Shown: positions 35,740 through 44,316 of the stretch, piece by piece
Layout of the letters: every line of letters starts with the position of its first letter
Numbering within the stretch: position 1 is the first letter of the stretch
Origin: Dehalococcoidia bacterium
GTDB lineage: Bacteria > Chloroflexota > Dehalococcoidia > Lucifugimonadales > UBA2985
Assembly (NCBI GenBank): GCA_015661155.1
Contig: JACVQK010000001.1
Span: forward strand, 24,261 to 88,260
Direction: 5' to 3'
Length of the DNA stretch: 64,000 bases
Position numbers and translations under genes: made by a program
Notes under the pieces: generated by a model
Database searches by the model: none
What the model saw: only the letters and a program-made list of their open reading frames with translations
Told to the model about the DNA's origin: nothing

Positions 35740-36212
35740 CTCTCAATTCCTTGGCCTTTGATATATGTCCTTTCCTTCGCTTCTGCCATGCTTTCCTCCG
35801 ACTTGATGGCCCGGGGAGACTTTGGCCCACCCCGAGGGGCCGTGACCACTAGACTACCCCGGTACATGCCCCACTGGCAGGTGAACAGGAAAGTCCCGGC
35901 CACGGTAGGCACGAACTCCACCGTCGTCTCCTGGAAGGCGGGAAGGCGCCGGTCTATGCCAAAGCCGGCAAAGATCACCCGCTCCGAGCAGGGGTTGTCT
36001 TCCCTACGCAGGAAGCGGAGCCGCACCGGCACACCCTGCTGCACCCGGAGCATGTCTGGGCGGTAGCGCCCGTTGATGACCACGCGTGCCTTCTGGTAGC
36101 CGTCGACGGTGAGTGACGCCCGCTGTCGATGGTGCAAATGAAGCCTTGCCACCAGCAGTCCGGCGACTACGATGCCAACTGTAACCGCAACCTCCATGCC
36201 ACTCACCTGCAC
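35736..36212 (-). CDS. membrane-anchored cupredoxin-like (Cupredoxin_1-type) protein
   Basis: TM followed by DGYQKARVVINGRYRPDMLRVQQGVPVRLRFLRREDNPCSERVIFAGFGIDRRLPAFQETTVEFVPTVAGTFLFTCQWGMYRGSLVV. Alternative ATG at 36197. Confidence 0.75.
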   Translation of the reverse strand: MQVSGMEVAVTVGIVVAGLLVARLHLHHRQRASLTVDGYQKARVVINGRYRPDMLRVQQGVPVRLRFLRREDNPCSERVIFAGFGIDRRLPAFQETTVEFVPTVAGTFLFTCQWGMYRGSLVVTAPRGGPKSPRAIKSEESMAEAKERTYIKGQGIER

Positions 36213-36245
36213 AAAAAGCGTTCCGTCAGGGCTTCTGTCATCATC

Positions 36246-36288
36246 ACTCTAAGCCCACATCCTTAAAGCAAGATGAACTGAGCCTGAG
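36246..36288 (-). promoter_or_regulatory. shared 43-nt upstream architecture, site b
   Basis: Sense strand CTCAGGCTCAGTTCATCTTGCTTTAAGGATGTGGGCTTAGAGT, 33 nt upstream of the GTG at 36212. Confidence 0.5.
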
Positions 36289-36431
36289 AACTCTGGGGGA
36301 TTGTCTATCAAGAGCGAGGCGGGCCAGTGTCCTGTCTCCGAAAAAGGAGCCTGATTGTCATTGCGAGGAGTCCTTCACTGGAAGGACGACGAGGCAATCT
36401 GGGGTGGCGCTCCGCCCTCTCTACCTTGCGG

Positions 36432-37304
36432 TCATTTGGGGTTTGCCCCTGTATCTCCCCGTTTCGTCAGATACGTCTCCGGATGCTCCTGGAACCGCTC
36501 CAGGCATCTCTGGGAGCAGAAGAACTGCCTGGCTCCCTGGTACGTAGCGAAGAGGGTGGCCGTCCACTGGTCCACCTTCATCCCGCACACCGGGTCCTGC
36601 ACCCACAGGTGGGCCTCCTCCTTGCGGTCTCGTAGCTTGCCGTCCTCCAGCCACAGAATGCGGTCGGCCATGTCCTCCAGCCGGGGGTCATGGGCGACGA
36701 TGAGCACCGTCCGGCCCTCGTCCCGGGCGATGTCGTGAAGGATCATCATCACCTCGTGGCCTGTCTTGGAGTCCAGGTTGCCCGTGGGCTCGTCGGCCAG
36801 AATGAGCCTGGGGTTGTTTATCAGCGCCCTGGCGACGGCTACCCGCTGTTTCTCTCCCCCGGAGAGGTTTCGGGGCAGGTACCGCCTTCGCTGGGAGAGG
36901 CCCAACCGCTCCAGCAGCTCAGAGGCCCTCTCCTGGGCGGCCCTGGTGCCTCCGGGCACCAGGCTGGCGGGAAACAGGACGTTCTCCTGCGCGCTCAAGC
37001 TAGAGAGCAGGTTGAAGGCTTGGAAGATAAAGCCAACCTCTCGGGCTCGGATGTCCGGCAGGCGGGACTCGCTGAGAGTGGTGATCTCCACCCCGTTAAT
37101 GAAGACTTGGCCCGAGGTGGGCCGCAGCAGCCCGCCCAGCATGGAAAGCAAGGTGGTCTTGCCGGAGCCCGAGGGGCCCATGATGAGCACCAGCTCGCCC
37201 TCCCGGACCTCCAGCGTCACGTTGTCCACAGCCCGGACTGTCGTGAGCCCGGAGCCGTACACCTTCGTAAGGCCGATGGCTTGTACGGTATGCTTCTCCC
37301 TCAT
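36432..37304 (-). CDS. MacB/LolD-type ABC transporter ATPase fused to a C-terminal YHS domain
   Basis: Trimmed to MREKHTVQAIGLTKVYGSG (AAGGAG RBS). Walker A GPSGSGKTT, signature LSGGEKQRVAVARAL, Walker B LILADEPTGNLD. C-terminus DPVCGMKVDQWTATLFATYQGARQFFCSQRCLERFQEHPETY. Confidence 0.9.
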   Translation of the reverse strand: MREKHTVQAIGLTKVYGSGLTTVRAVDNVTLEVREGELVLIMGPSGSGKTTLLSMLGGLLRPTSGQVFINGVEITTLSESRLPDIRAREVGFIFQAFNLLSSLSAQENVLFPASLVPGGTRAAQERASELLERLGLSQRRRYLPRNLSGGEKQRVAVARALINNPRLILADEPTGNLDSKTGHEVMMILHDIARDEGRTVLIVAHDPRLEDMADRILWLEDGKLRDRKEEAHLWVQDPVCGMKVDQWTATLFATYQGARQFFCSQRCLERFQEHPETYLTKRGDTGANPK

Positions 37305-37314
37305 GACTACTCCT

Positions 37315-38424
37315 TTACTCCTTGAACACCACTCCAGGCTCCACACGGGCGATCCGATAGGCGGGAAGCAGCGCCGCCAGCGCGGCAATGCCCACGGCGA
37401 CCACGGACACCCGCAGCAGGCTCCCCACCGGGTAGTCCAATGCGATCTCCGGTGCCAGGGCTGGGATAAGCGCCCGAGCCAGGTACGCCACCGCCACTGC
37501 TGTACCCAGGCCTAGAAGCACGACCACCAGAGCCTGGAGCGCCACCACCGCCAGCAGGTGTCGGTTCTTCGCCCCCAACGCCTTGGCGATGCCATACTCC
37601 CTGGCCCGGCGCACCGTGGCTGTGTACATGGTGAGACCGACCACCAGCGCACCAACTACGGATCCGATCCAGGTCATGATCTGGATGAGGTCTACCCCCA
37701 TCTGGCGTGACATATCGAGGTCGCTAGCCACAAACGCCTCTCGCGTCATGACATGCACGCCGGGCACCGCCTGCTGGATACGCGTTGCCAGGGCGTCGGG
37801 CGCGGCCTCCGCCTCCGCCCTGACGAGGAAGTAGCTGGCCGCCCCGGGCGCTTCCAGGAGCTGCTCCAACTCATCGTAGGCGAGGAAGGTGATGGAGTTG
37901 ACCATGGAGAAGGTGTCCATGGAGAGGCCAACCACTCGGAACTGGCGGCCCAGGACAGTGACCGTGTTCCCCAGGTCAACCCCGCCCTGTCGAGCCAGGA
38001 CGTCCGGGATGACGGCCTCGCCGGGACCGGGGATTGCGGTCCCCCTGGCCATGGCCCAGGGGCCTCCCGCCGCCGCGTCCGGGCGCACCCCCACAATGTA
38101 GGAGAACCAGCGACGCTCTCCTGCCTCCACAGGGCTGCTGACATAGAGGATGGGCGTGGCGTCCCGCACGCCCGGCACGGCCTCGACGCCTCCCCTGAGG
38201 CTGCTGGGCAGGACGGAGCTGGCCATATGCATATTGGAGACGCCCTCCTGCATCACCCACACGTCGGCACCCGCCCGCTCAGGATATGTCACCAAATCCT
38301 GGGAAACCCCGACGAAGACGCCCTCCAGCAGAAGCACCAGCACCAGTGCTGCCGCCACGCCGCCGATACTTATGAGGAGGCGGCCTCGCTCCTGGAACAG
38401 GTTCTTCATTCCCAGCCGTACCAT
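37315..38424 (-). CDS. ABC transporter permease, FtsX/MacB-like
   Basis: Trimmed to MVRLGMKNLFQERGRLLISIGGVAAAL. N-terminal TM, large extracytoplasmic domain, C-terminal 3 TM (FtsX fold layout). Confidence 0.85.
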   Translation of the reverse strand: MVRLGMKNLFQERGRLLISIGGVAAALVLVLLLEGVFVGVSQDLVTYPERAGADVWVMQEGVSNMHMASSVLPSSLRGGVEAVPGVRDATPILYVSSPVEAGERRWFSYIVGVRPDAAAGGPWAMARGTAIPGPGEAVIPDVLARQGGVDLGNTVTVLGRQFRVVGLSMDTFSMVNSITFLAYDELEQLLEAPGAASYFLVRAEAEAAPDALATRIQQAVPGVHVMTREAFVASDLDMSRQMGVDLIQIMTWIGSVVGALVVGLTMYTATVRRAREYGIAKALGAKNRHLLAVVALQALVVVLLGLGTAVAVAYLARALIPALAPEIALDYPVGSLLRVSVVAVGIAALAALLPAYRIARVEPGVVFKE

Positions 38425-38428
38425 AGCT

Positions 38429-39550
38429 CTACTGCCGGAACACCAGGGCCGGGTCCACGCCGGCGACCTGGCGAACTGGAATGAGGGATGCGACAGAGGC
38501 CATGATGATGGTGGCAACGCCGGCGCGCAGGAGCACCCCGCCGTCCCAGGGGAGCACCAGATACTTGGGTAGCAGCCACCCGATGAGGGCCGCCACCCCA
38601 AAGCTGGCTAAAACCCCCACCACGAAGCCCGCCGCCGCAAAGGCGATGACCTGGCCCAGCACGTAGCCGTACAGGCGGGCGTTCCTCGCGCCGATGGCCT
38701 TCATGATGCCGTACTCTCGCAGCCGCTCGAAGACGGCAGCGTACAGCGTAAGGCCAATGACCAGTACCCCTGCCCCATAGGCCACGCCGACCAGCAGGCG
38801 CAGCACCGATCCCATGAGGTCGCGCACGATAGCGACATCCTTGGCCGCCAGCTCCCCGGGCGTGAAGACATCCACCGCGGGCACCGCCGCCTCGATGGCT
38901 GTGCGCACGCGGGAGACCTGGGCGCCCGGCTCCACCTCCACCAGTAGGGAGCTGGGGGCGCCCGCACTGGGGGCCTCTCGTCCCACGGAGGTGAGGGTGA
39001 AGGCGTCCTCCAGGCTGATAAAGAAGTACGAGCCGAACCAGGAGGCGGTCTCCGCCGAGAGCCCGACGACGCGGAAGTCCCGGCCGTAGATATCCAGGTG
39101 GTCGCCCAGAACCAGGTCATTGGCTCGTGCCAGGGCGTAGTCCACCACCACCTCGCCGGGGCCGCCCAGGTCACGCCCTTCCTTGAGTCGCCATGGCCCC
39201 CCGACGCCGTGATAGCCGACGATGGTCGTGGTAGTCTTCTTGTTCCCCTGAGTGTAGATCATCGGCACGTTGACTACCGGGTGCACCGCCCGTACTCCGG
39301 GCACGGCCCTCACCTGGTCCGCGACGTCAGGGGGCAGGGCTGAGCGTGTGAAGGACGCTCCTTCCACCCCCGCTCGGGCGGTGATGAGCTGGACGGGAAG
39401 GTGTTCGCGGTAGGCGCGTATCTGCCGCCACATCCCGACCTGGAACCCTTCCAGCACCATCACCAGAAGGATGGCAGCCCCCACCGCCAGCACACTCAGG
39501 AGCGCGCTGCTCCGATCATGGACGAGGCTGCGGTAGAGCAACGGGAACAC
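38429..39550 (-). CDS. ABC transporter permease, FtsX/MacB-like
   Basis: 373 aa with the same topology as its neighbour. GTG start with AGGAGG RBS. Confidence 0.85.
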   Translation of the reverse strand: MFPLLYRSLVHDRSSALLSVLAVGAAILLVMVLEGFQVGMWRQIRAYREHLPVQLITARAGVEGASFTRSALPPDVADQVRAVPGVRAVHPVVNVPMIYTQGNKKTTTTIVGYHGVGGPWRLKEGRDLGGPGEVVVDYALARANDLVLGDHLDIYGRDFRVVGLSAETASWFGSYFFISLEDAFTLTSVGREAPSAGAPSSLLVEVEPGAQVSRVRTAIEAAVPAVDVFTPGELAAKDVAIVRDLMGSVLRLLVGVAYGAGVLVIGLTLYAAVFERLREYGIMKAIGARNARLYGYVLGQVIAFAAAGFVVGVLASFGVAALIGWLLPKYLVLPWDGGVLLRAGVATIIMASVASLIPVRQVAGVDPALVFRQ

Positions 39551-39576
39551 GTCCGACCTCCTGGGTTTCTGAGTCC

Positions 39577-39619
39577 ATTCTACCCCAGGAACCTTAAATG
39601 TAAGTGAGAGGAGGCTGAG
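39577..39619 (-). promoter_or_regulatory. shared 43-nt upstream architecture, site a
   Basis: Sense strand CTCAGCCTCCTCTCACTTACATTTAAGGTTCCTGGGGTAGAAT, 26 nt upstream of the GTG at 39550. Confidence 0.5.
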
Positions 39620-39631
39620 GGCGATATTATT

Positions 39632-39790
39632 ATGAACTCATCCCAAAATCTGACCCTGGGGGAGTTCAGAGGGGGCAAAGCCCCTTCTGGCGGGGGTCTG
39701 GGGGTGTCCCCCAGATACTTTTCTTCCCCCTCACCCTGGGTAAGTGAGAGGAGGGGGAAACAGGGGGTGAGGGTTCTTGGAATAGCTCTA
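39632..39790. repeat. composite intergenic repeat (left arm A, core, degenerate right arm type 2)
   Basis: ATGAACTCATCCCAAAATCTGACCCTGGGGGAGTTCAGAGGGGGCAAAGCCCC..GGGGGTCTGGGGGTGTCCCCCAGATACTTTTC..GGGGGTGAGGGTTCTTGGAATAG. Confidence 0.9.
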
Positions 39791-40050
39791 TAGACGGAGC
39801 ACCTTTACCAAGTCTTTAACATCCCGTCGAGGGCACTTCAAACTCCTCGGTTACGATAGGTACGTAAAGTCGAGGGAAAGGAGGCTACTGACATGATGGG
39901 ACACGGGATTCGGAGGAATGGGCTGGTCTGGCTGGTGGTGGCCGCTGGTCATGGTGCTGTTCCAGGTGGCCGTGATCGGCCTTGGCGTGGGGATGATGGG
40001 CGCGCTGTTCAAGCGGACTCCTGTTGCCACTGCACCGGGAGCAGGGGCCC

Positions 40051-41421
40051 TCACGCGCTGGTGGGCAGGCAGACTGAGAACCGACTGCCCTTGCCCGGCG
40101 TGGACTCCACCACCAGCTCTCCCCCGTGGTGGTCCACGATCCACTTGGCGATGGCTAGGCCCAGCCCAGTGCCGCCGCTGTCTCGCGAGCGGGCCTTGTC
40201 GGCGCGCCAGAACCGGTCGAAGACGTGGGGAAGGTCCTCCGGCTCAATCCCGATCCCCGTGTCTTCCACCCCGACGACGGCCCAGGGTTGTTCGTGCTTT
40301 AGCCACAGGGTCACCGTCCCTCCCTCCGGGGTGTACCGCAGGGCGTTGTCCACGAGGATGAGGAGAAGCTCTCTCAGGCGGTCCTCGTCCCCCTGGACTA
40401 CCGCAGGCTCCAAGTTCCCCAAGTGCACAGAGACTCCCCTGGCTAGGGAGCGGGCCTGGCGGTGCGCGTCCACCAACAGGGCGTCCAACTCCACCGGCCT
40501 GGTCTCCAGGGCCTGGCCTGCGTCGGCCCGGGCCAGCGCCAGCAGGTCGTTCACCAGCCTGGACAGGCGCTCCACCTCGCGGCGTACGTGGGTCAGGGTC
40601 TGTCGCCGCTCGTCCGCGGGCATGTCTCTGATCCTGTCCAACAGGTCCAGGTTACCGCGGATGGCCGTCAGCGGTGCCCGAAGCTCGTGGGAGGCGTCGG
40701 CGGTGAACCGCTGCTGGGCGGAGTAGGCCTCTTCCAAGCTGGCGAGCATCTCGTTGAAGGTCCGGGCCAGTTTCCACAGCTCGTCGCTGGAGTTACCGGC
40801 TCTCAGTCGGCGGCGGAACCCCCGGGAGAGGGCGATGGCCCGGGCCGTCTCCGTCATCTCCGAAACGGGGCGAAGGGCCCTGCCTGCCAGGGCGCCGCTG
40901 AGGAGCCCGACGCTGAGGACGGCTACAAAGCCACCCGCAACGAGCACCCACCGGAGCCTGCCCAATACCCTGTCCTGCTGACGGTAGGAGGAGGCCACCT
41001 GCACCCACGCCACAGTAGTATCGCCGACGGTCACCGGAGCGAGGTAGACCTTCAGCCGCTGTCCCTCTAGAAACGCAGAGAATTTAGCCTCGGTCAAACC
41101 CTTCCCTGGAAAAGGAAGGCTGCGTCCCTCCAGGTTGGCGGAGCGACTCACCATCGACCCATCCCGGCCAAGAACCTGGACGTACACCTCCGGGGCCTCG
41201 AAAGCCTCCAGAGAGGGGACTGTCGGCGTGCCCTCGGCGGGAAAATTGTGGTTGGCGGCGCGCAGGGCCGTCGACATGTGCTCAACGCGGCTGGCGATGG
41301 TGTCGTTCACCATGCTCTCCAGGTGCTGGGCCATCTCGAAGTAGAGTGCAACGCCGAAGAGCAGGAACGCGACCCCGAAGATGCCGCCGTACCAGAGACC
41401 AAGCCGCACTCGAATGGACAA
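40051..41421 (-). CDS. sensor histidine kinase (2 TM, HAMP, HisKA, HATPase_c)
   Basis: H-box FTADASHELRAPLTAI, N-box LVDNALRYT, G-boxes DTGIGI and GGTGLGLAI. Confidence 0.9.
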   Translation of the reverse strand: MSIRVRLGLWYGGIFGVAFLLFGVALYFEMAQHLESMVNDTIASRVEHMSTALRAANHNFPAEGTPTVPSLEAFEAPEVYVQVLGRDGSMVSRSANLEGRSLPFPGKGLTEAKFSAFLEGQRLKVYLAPVTVGDTTVAWVQVASSYRQQDRVLGRLRWVLVAGGFVAVLSVGLLSGALAGRALRPVSEMTETARAIALSRGFRRRLRAGNSSDELWKLARTFNEMLASLEEAYSAQQRFTADASHELRAPLTAIRGNLDLLDRIRDMPADERRQTLTHVRREVERLSRLVNDLLALARADAGQALETRPVELDALLVDAHRQARSLARGVSVHLGNLEPAVVQGDEDRLRELLLILVDNALRYTPEGGTVTLWLKHEQPWAVVGVEDTGIGIEPEDLPHVFDRFWRADKARSRDSGGTGLGLAIAKWIVDHHGGELVVESTPGKGSRFSVCLPTSA

Positions 41422-41426
41422 GCCCC

Positions 41427-42107
41427 TTACTCCCTCAGCACGTAGCCAGAGCCGCGCATGGTGTGGATAAGGCGAGGCTCGACGCCATCCTCCAGCTTGT
41501 TGCGGAGATAGCGGACGTACACCTCCAGGATGTTGGACTCTCCCTCGAACTCATACTCCCACACCCTGTCCATGATCTGGCTCCGAGTCAGCACCTGGCC
41601 CGGGTGCCGCATGAACAGGTGGAGGAGCTTGAACTCGGTGGTGGAGAGATGTATCTCCCGATCCCCACGGCGGGCGGTGCGGGATCCGGTATCCAGCTCC
41701 AGGTCGGCATACCGCAGGACCTCGGGAGCCGTGGCCTCGCGGCGTCTCAAAAGGGTATGGATACGGGCCACCAGCTCCTCGAAGGCGAAGGGCTTCACCA
41801 GGTAGTCGTCGGCCCCTGTTTCCAGGCCCCTCACCCTGTCAGACACGGCATCCTTGGCCGTAAGCATGAGCACGGGTACGTTGCCACCAGCCTTCAGCCT
41901 CTGGCATACCTCCATGCCGTCCATGCCAGGCATCATGACGTCCAGCACCACCAGGTCTGGTGGCTGCTCCCGGGCCAGGTCCAGCCCGGCCCTGCCGCCG
42001 CTGGCCACGTCCACGGCATAGCCCTCGTAGGAAAGTCCCCGGCGTAGGAAGTCCGTCACGGCCGGGTCGTCGTCAATAACCAGTATCCGATGTTGGGTCA
42101 TGCTCAC
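41427..42107 (-). CDS. OmpR/PhoB-family response regulator
   Basis: Receiver domain ([27 protein letters not shown]) and winged-helix output ([38 protein letters not shown]). Confidence 0.95.
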   Translation of the reverse strand: MSMTQHRILVIDDDPAVTDFLRRGLSYEGYAVDVASGGRAGLDLAREQPPDLVVLDVMMPGMDGMEVCQRLKAGGNVPVLMLTAKDAVSDRVRGLETGADDYLVKPFAFEELVARIHTLLRRREATAPEVLRYADLELDTGSRTARRGDREIHLSTTEFKLLHLFMRHPGQVLTRSQIMDRVWEYEFEGESNILEVYVRYLRNKLEDGVEPRLIHTMRGSGYVLRE

Positions 42108-42257
42108 CCTTGCGACATGCTTCGCCGGCTCAGCCCTGAACTTTTCGTGGCACTGAAGTGGACCCCATCAGTTGGACAGGAGAGAGGCCACGCTAAGAGT
42201 GGAGCCTGTTGCCTCAACATGCTGTGCTGCTGAACAGGGTTGCTGTGATTGTACCAC

Positions 42258-42876
42258 GTGCTGCAGTGGGTCTACGTTCGTGGCGGACATAAACACCTCG
42301 GCCGGGATTCAGTACCCAAGGGCCTAGTGAGGCCGCTCGTTATTGTAGAATCGGAAGTACTCGCTGATCCCAATCCTGGCGTCTCGTCCATCCTGGTATG
42401 CCTTCAGATACACCTCCTCGTATTTCACTGTGCGCCACAGCCTCTCAACGAAAATGTTGTCCTTATACCACCCCTTTCCGTCCATGCTGATCCGGACTCC
42501 ATGTTGCTTGAGAGGCTCGGTGAAGGCTTCGCCGTTAAACTGGCCTCTCTGGTTCGTGTTGTTGAAGATGTCCGGTCGCTCTCCCCTGAGCGCTTCCTCC
42601 AGAGCCTCGGAGGAGAAGTCGGCGTTCAGGGTGTTTGATCCTTCCACGGAAGGACCAGGAGAGCCCATACCGGCTGTACCAGTCCATGATGGTCACCAGG
42701 TACAGGAATCCCCTGGACATGGGGACATAGGTGATGTCCGCCGCCCACACTTGGTTGGACATGGTGATCTCCATGTCGGCGCGAAACTCCGGCGGGTGGG
42801 GCCGTACAAACCTTCGCATGATGAACTCCTTCTGGGATCAGTGACCCCAATTCTCCAGGTGTCCACCAAAGCGGGT
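42258..42876 (-). mobile_element. decayed IS3-family insertion sequence (orfA deleted, orfB frameshifted and nonsense-mutated)
   Basis: End-like sequence TGACCCGCTTTGGTGGACACCTGGAGAATTGGGG (sense) at 42876-42843. A weakly similar sequence lies at 42258-42292. See the pseudogene entry. Confidence 0.65.
42309..42830 (-). pseudogene. IS3-family transposase orfB (rve/DDE integrase core) remnant
   Basis: Two overlapping frames give NQVWAADITYVPMSRGFLYLVTIMDWYSRYGLSW and ..IFNNTNQRGQFNGEAFTEPLKQHGVRISMDGKGWYKDNIFVERLWRTVKYEEVYL..FYNNERPH-TAG-ALGY. There is a frameshift near 42650, and a TAG replaces the Gln of the usual HQALGY ending. Confidence 0.85.
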
Positions 42877-43027
42877 CAAATCCAAAGCTCCTTGATAGCA
42901 GACCGACACGAAACCCGATGGCGGGTCTCCGGAGGTAAGGTTATCGGCAGTTCTGGCAATAAGCGGAACTAGCCGGCATTAGGCAGAGAACCCGAGATGG
43001 CCCAGGGCCTTGTTGATTGGTGCGCAT

Positions 43028-43112
43028 AATAACAAGCAAGCCCCTCGAACCATATGAGCGGGGCGCTGTTCAGGAACCCGCTCGTGTCCTTCGGCAGGCT
43101 CAGGGTGAGCGG
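43028..43112 (+). repeat. ~85-bp inverted repeat, left copy
   Basis: AATAACAAGCAAGCCCCTCGAACCATATGAGCGGGGCGCTGTTCAGGAACCCGCTCGTGTCCTTCGGCAGGCTCAGGGTGAGCGG. Its reverse complement recurs at 44317-44401 with a few mismatches and one indel. Confidence 0.9.
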
Positions 43113-43216
43113 ACAAGAGCCAGTCTTTAGAGAATCGAATGACGCTGTCCCCGTACACCAGGTCGACTGGGCCTCGCCTCCCTGCTATAATATCTTCCGA
43201 AGGTGCAAGCCTGTCA

Positions 43217-43291
43217 GCGGGAGTAGCTCAGCGGTAGAGCTCCGCCCTTCCAAGACGGACGTCGTGGGTTCGAATCCCATCTCCCGCTCCA
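43217..43291 (+). tRNA. tRNA-Gly (anticodon UCC), CCA encoded
   Basis: Acceptor GCGGGAG/CTCCCGC, D arm GCTC-AGCGGTA-GAGC, anticodon loop CTTCCAA, T arm GTGGG-TTCGAAT-CCCAT, discriminator T, CCA. One C-A mismatch in the anticodon stem. Confidence 0.9.
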
Positions 43292-43306
43292 TTGTTGTGA
43301 CCCTTC

Positions 43307-44020
43307 ATGCCATCTTCCAGCAACAATCCTGAATTCGTGACCTCCGTAGCTTCTCCCAACAAGACAGGGCAGATAACGCCCCAGCAGGCGTTCCTTCTCC
43401 TGGAAGGGGAGCAGGGCGTGGCCCGGTGGGAACCCAGGTTCGACCCCATCTCGGAGCTCATCTACACCATCCTCTCCCAGCACACCTCCGACGTCAACGC
43501 TCTGAAGGCCTACCATAGCCTTCAGGAGGCCCTCGGCTCGTGGGAGCGGGTCGCCCAGGCCAACCCGGAGGAGATCGCCCAGGCGATATGGATTGGTGGA
43601 CTGTCCAGGGTCAAGGCTCCCCGCATCGGGGCGGTGCTCCAGGCCATCCAGGAGGAGTGCGGCAAGTTGGACATCTCTTTCCTCAAGGAGATGCCCCTGC
43701 CCCAGGCCAAGGCGTGGCTGCGGCGGCTTCCCGGGGTGGGGCCCAAGACCGCGGCCATCGTGCTGTGCTTCGCCCTGGGCATGTCCGCCATGCCCGTGGA
43801 TACCCATGTTTACCGGGTGAGCAAACGCCTGGAGATCATCCCCTCCAGAGCCACCACCGAGCAGGCTCACGACCTCCTGGAGGCCGCGGTAGCCCCAGAG
43901 CAGGTCTTCGCCTTCCACGTCTACCTCATCACCCACGGACGGCGGGTGTGCAAGGCGCGGCGACCCCTGTGCCAAGGGTGTGTGCTCAGGGAGAGCTGCC
44001 CCTCCGCCTTCCGGGTGTAG
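43307..44020 (+). CDS. nth: endonuclease III (HhH-GPD, 4Fe-4S)
   Basis: LPGVGPKTAAIVLCFALGMSAMPVDTHVYRV (HhH-GPD) and C-terminal CKARRPLCQGCVLRESC (C-x6-C-x2-C-x5-C). Confidence 0.9.
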   Translation: MPSSSNNPEFVTSVASPNKTGQITPQQAFLLLEGEQGVARWEPRFDPISELIYTILSQHTSDVNALKAYHSLQEALGSWERVAQANPEEIAQAIWIGGLSRVKAPRIGAVLQAIQEECGKLDISFLKEMPLPQAKAWLRRLPGVGPKTAAIVLCFALGMSAMPVDTHVYRVSKRLEIIPSRATTEQAHDLLEAAVAPEQVFAFHVYLITHGRRVCKARRPLCQGCVLRESCPSAFRV

Positions 44021-44288
44021 CAGGGCGAGCCCCTTCGGCAGGCTCAGGACAGGCTCTGCACCCACATTCCTCAGAGGCATTCATAGACGAGCCGAATTCA
44101 GGGTCTGTGAGATGTGGGTCTGGGCTGTGCCCAGGCAGGGCGTGCCCTGCACCCATACTCAACTGTTGCTGCGCTGGTCTGACCATCCTTCAGATGAAGG
44201 ACGGTTCGTAAGGTGTGGGTCTGGGCCATGCCCAGTGGAGGACATCCCCAGACCCCCGCCATGGTCAGGTTTTGGGATGAGTTCATGT
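44021..44288. repeat. composite repeat, reverse orientation: inner modules 2 and 1 side by side, degenerate core, left arm A
   Basis: ..CTGCACCCACATTCCTCAGAGGCATTCATAGAC..GAGATGTGGGTCTGGGC.. then GCAGGGCGTGCCCTGCACCCATACTCAACTG..GGTCTGACCAT..CGTAAGGTGTGGGTCTGGGCC.. then GGACATCCCCAGACCCCCGCC then GGTCAGGTTTTGGGATGAGTTCATG. Confidence 0.9.
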
Positions 44289-44316
44289 CTCACCCCGTAC
44301 AGCGCCTTTCGATGGT

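Noticed and set aside
39893-40361. Small plus-strand ORFs after an AAAGGAGG RBS (MMGHGIRRNG.. and, in another frame, MGWSGWWWPLVMVLFQVAVIGLGVGMMGALF..) that look like a tiny Trp/Gly-rich membrane peptide.
   Set aside because: Neither frame terminates before running more than 300 nt antisense into the histidine kinase gene. The membrane-like segment is not in the frame of the RBS-proximal ATG. I cannot define a credible CDS.
42108-42257. Search for the shared CTCAG..TTTAAGG architecture upstream of the response regulator/kinase operon (autoregulation).
   Set aside because: Only a loose GGCTCAGCCCTGAAC on the wrong strand. The spacing and the TTTAAGG block are absent.
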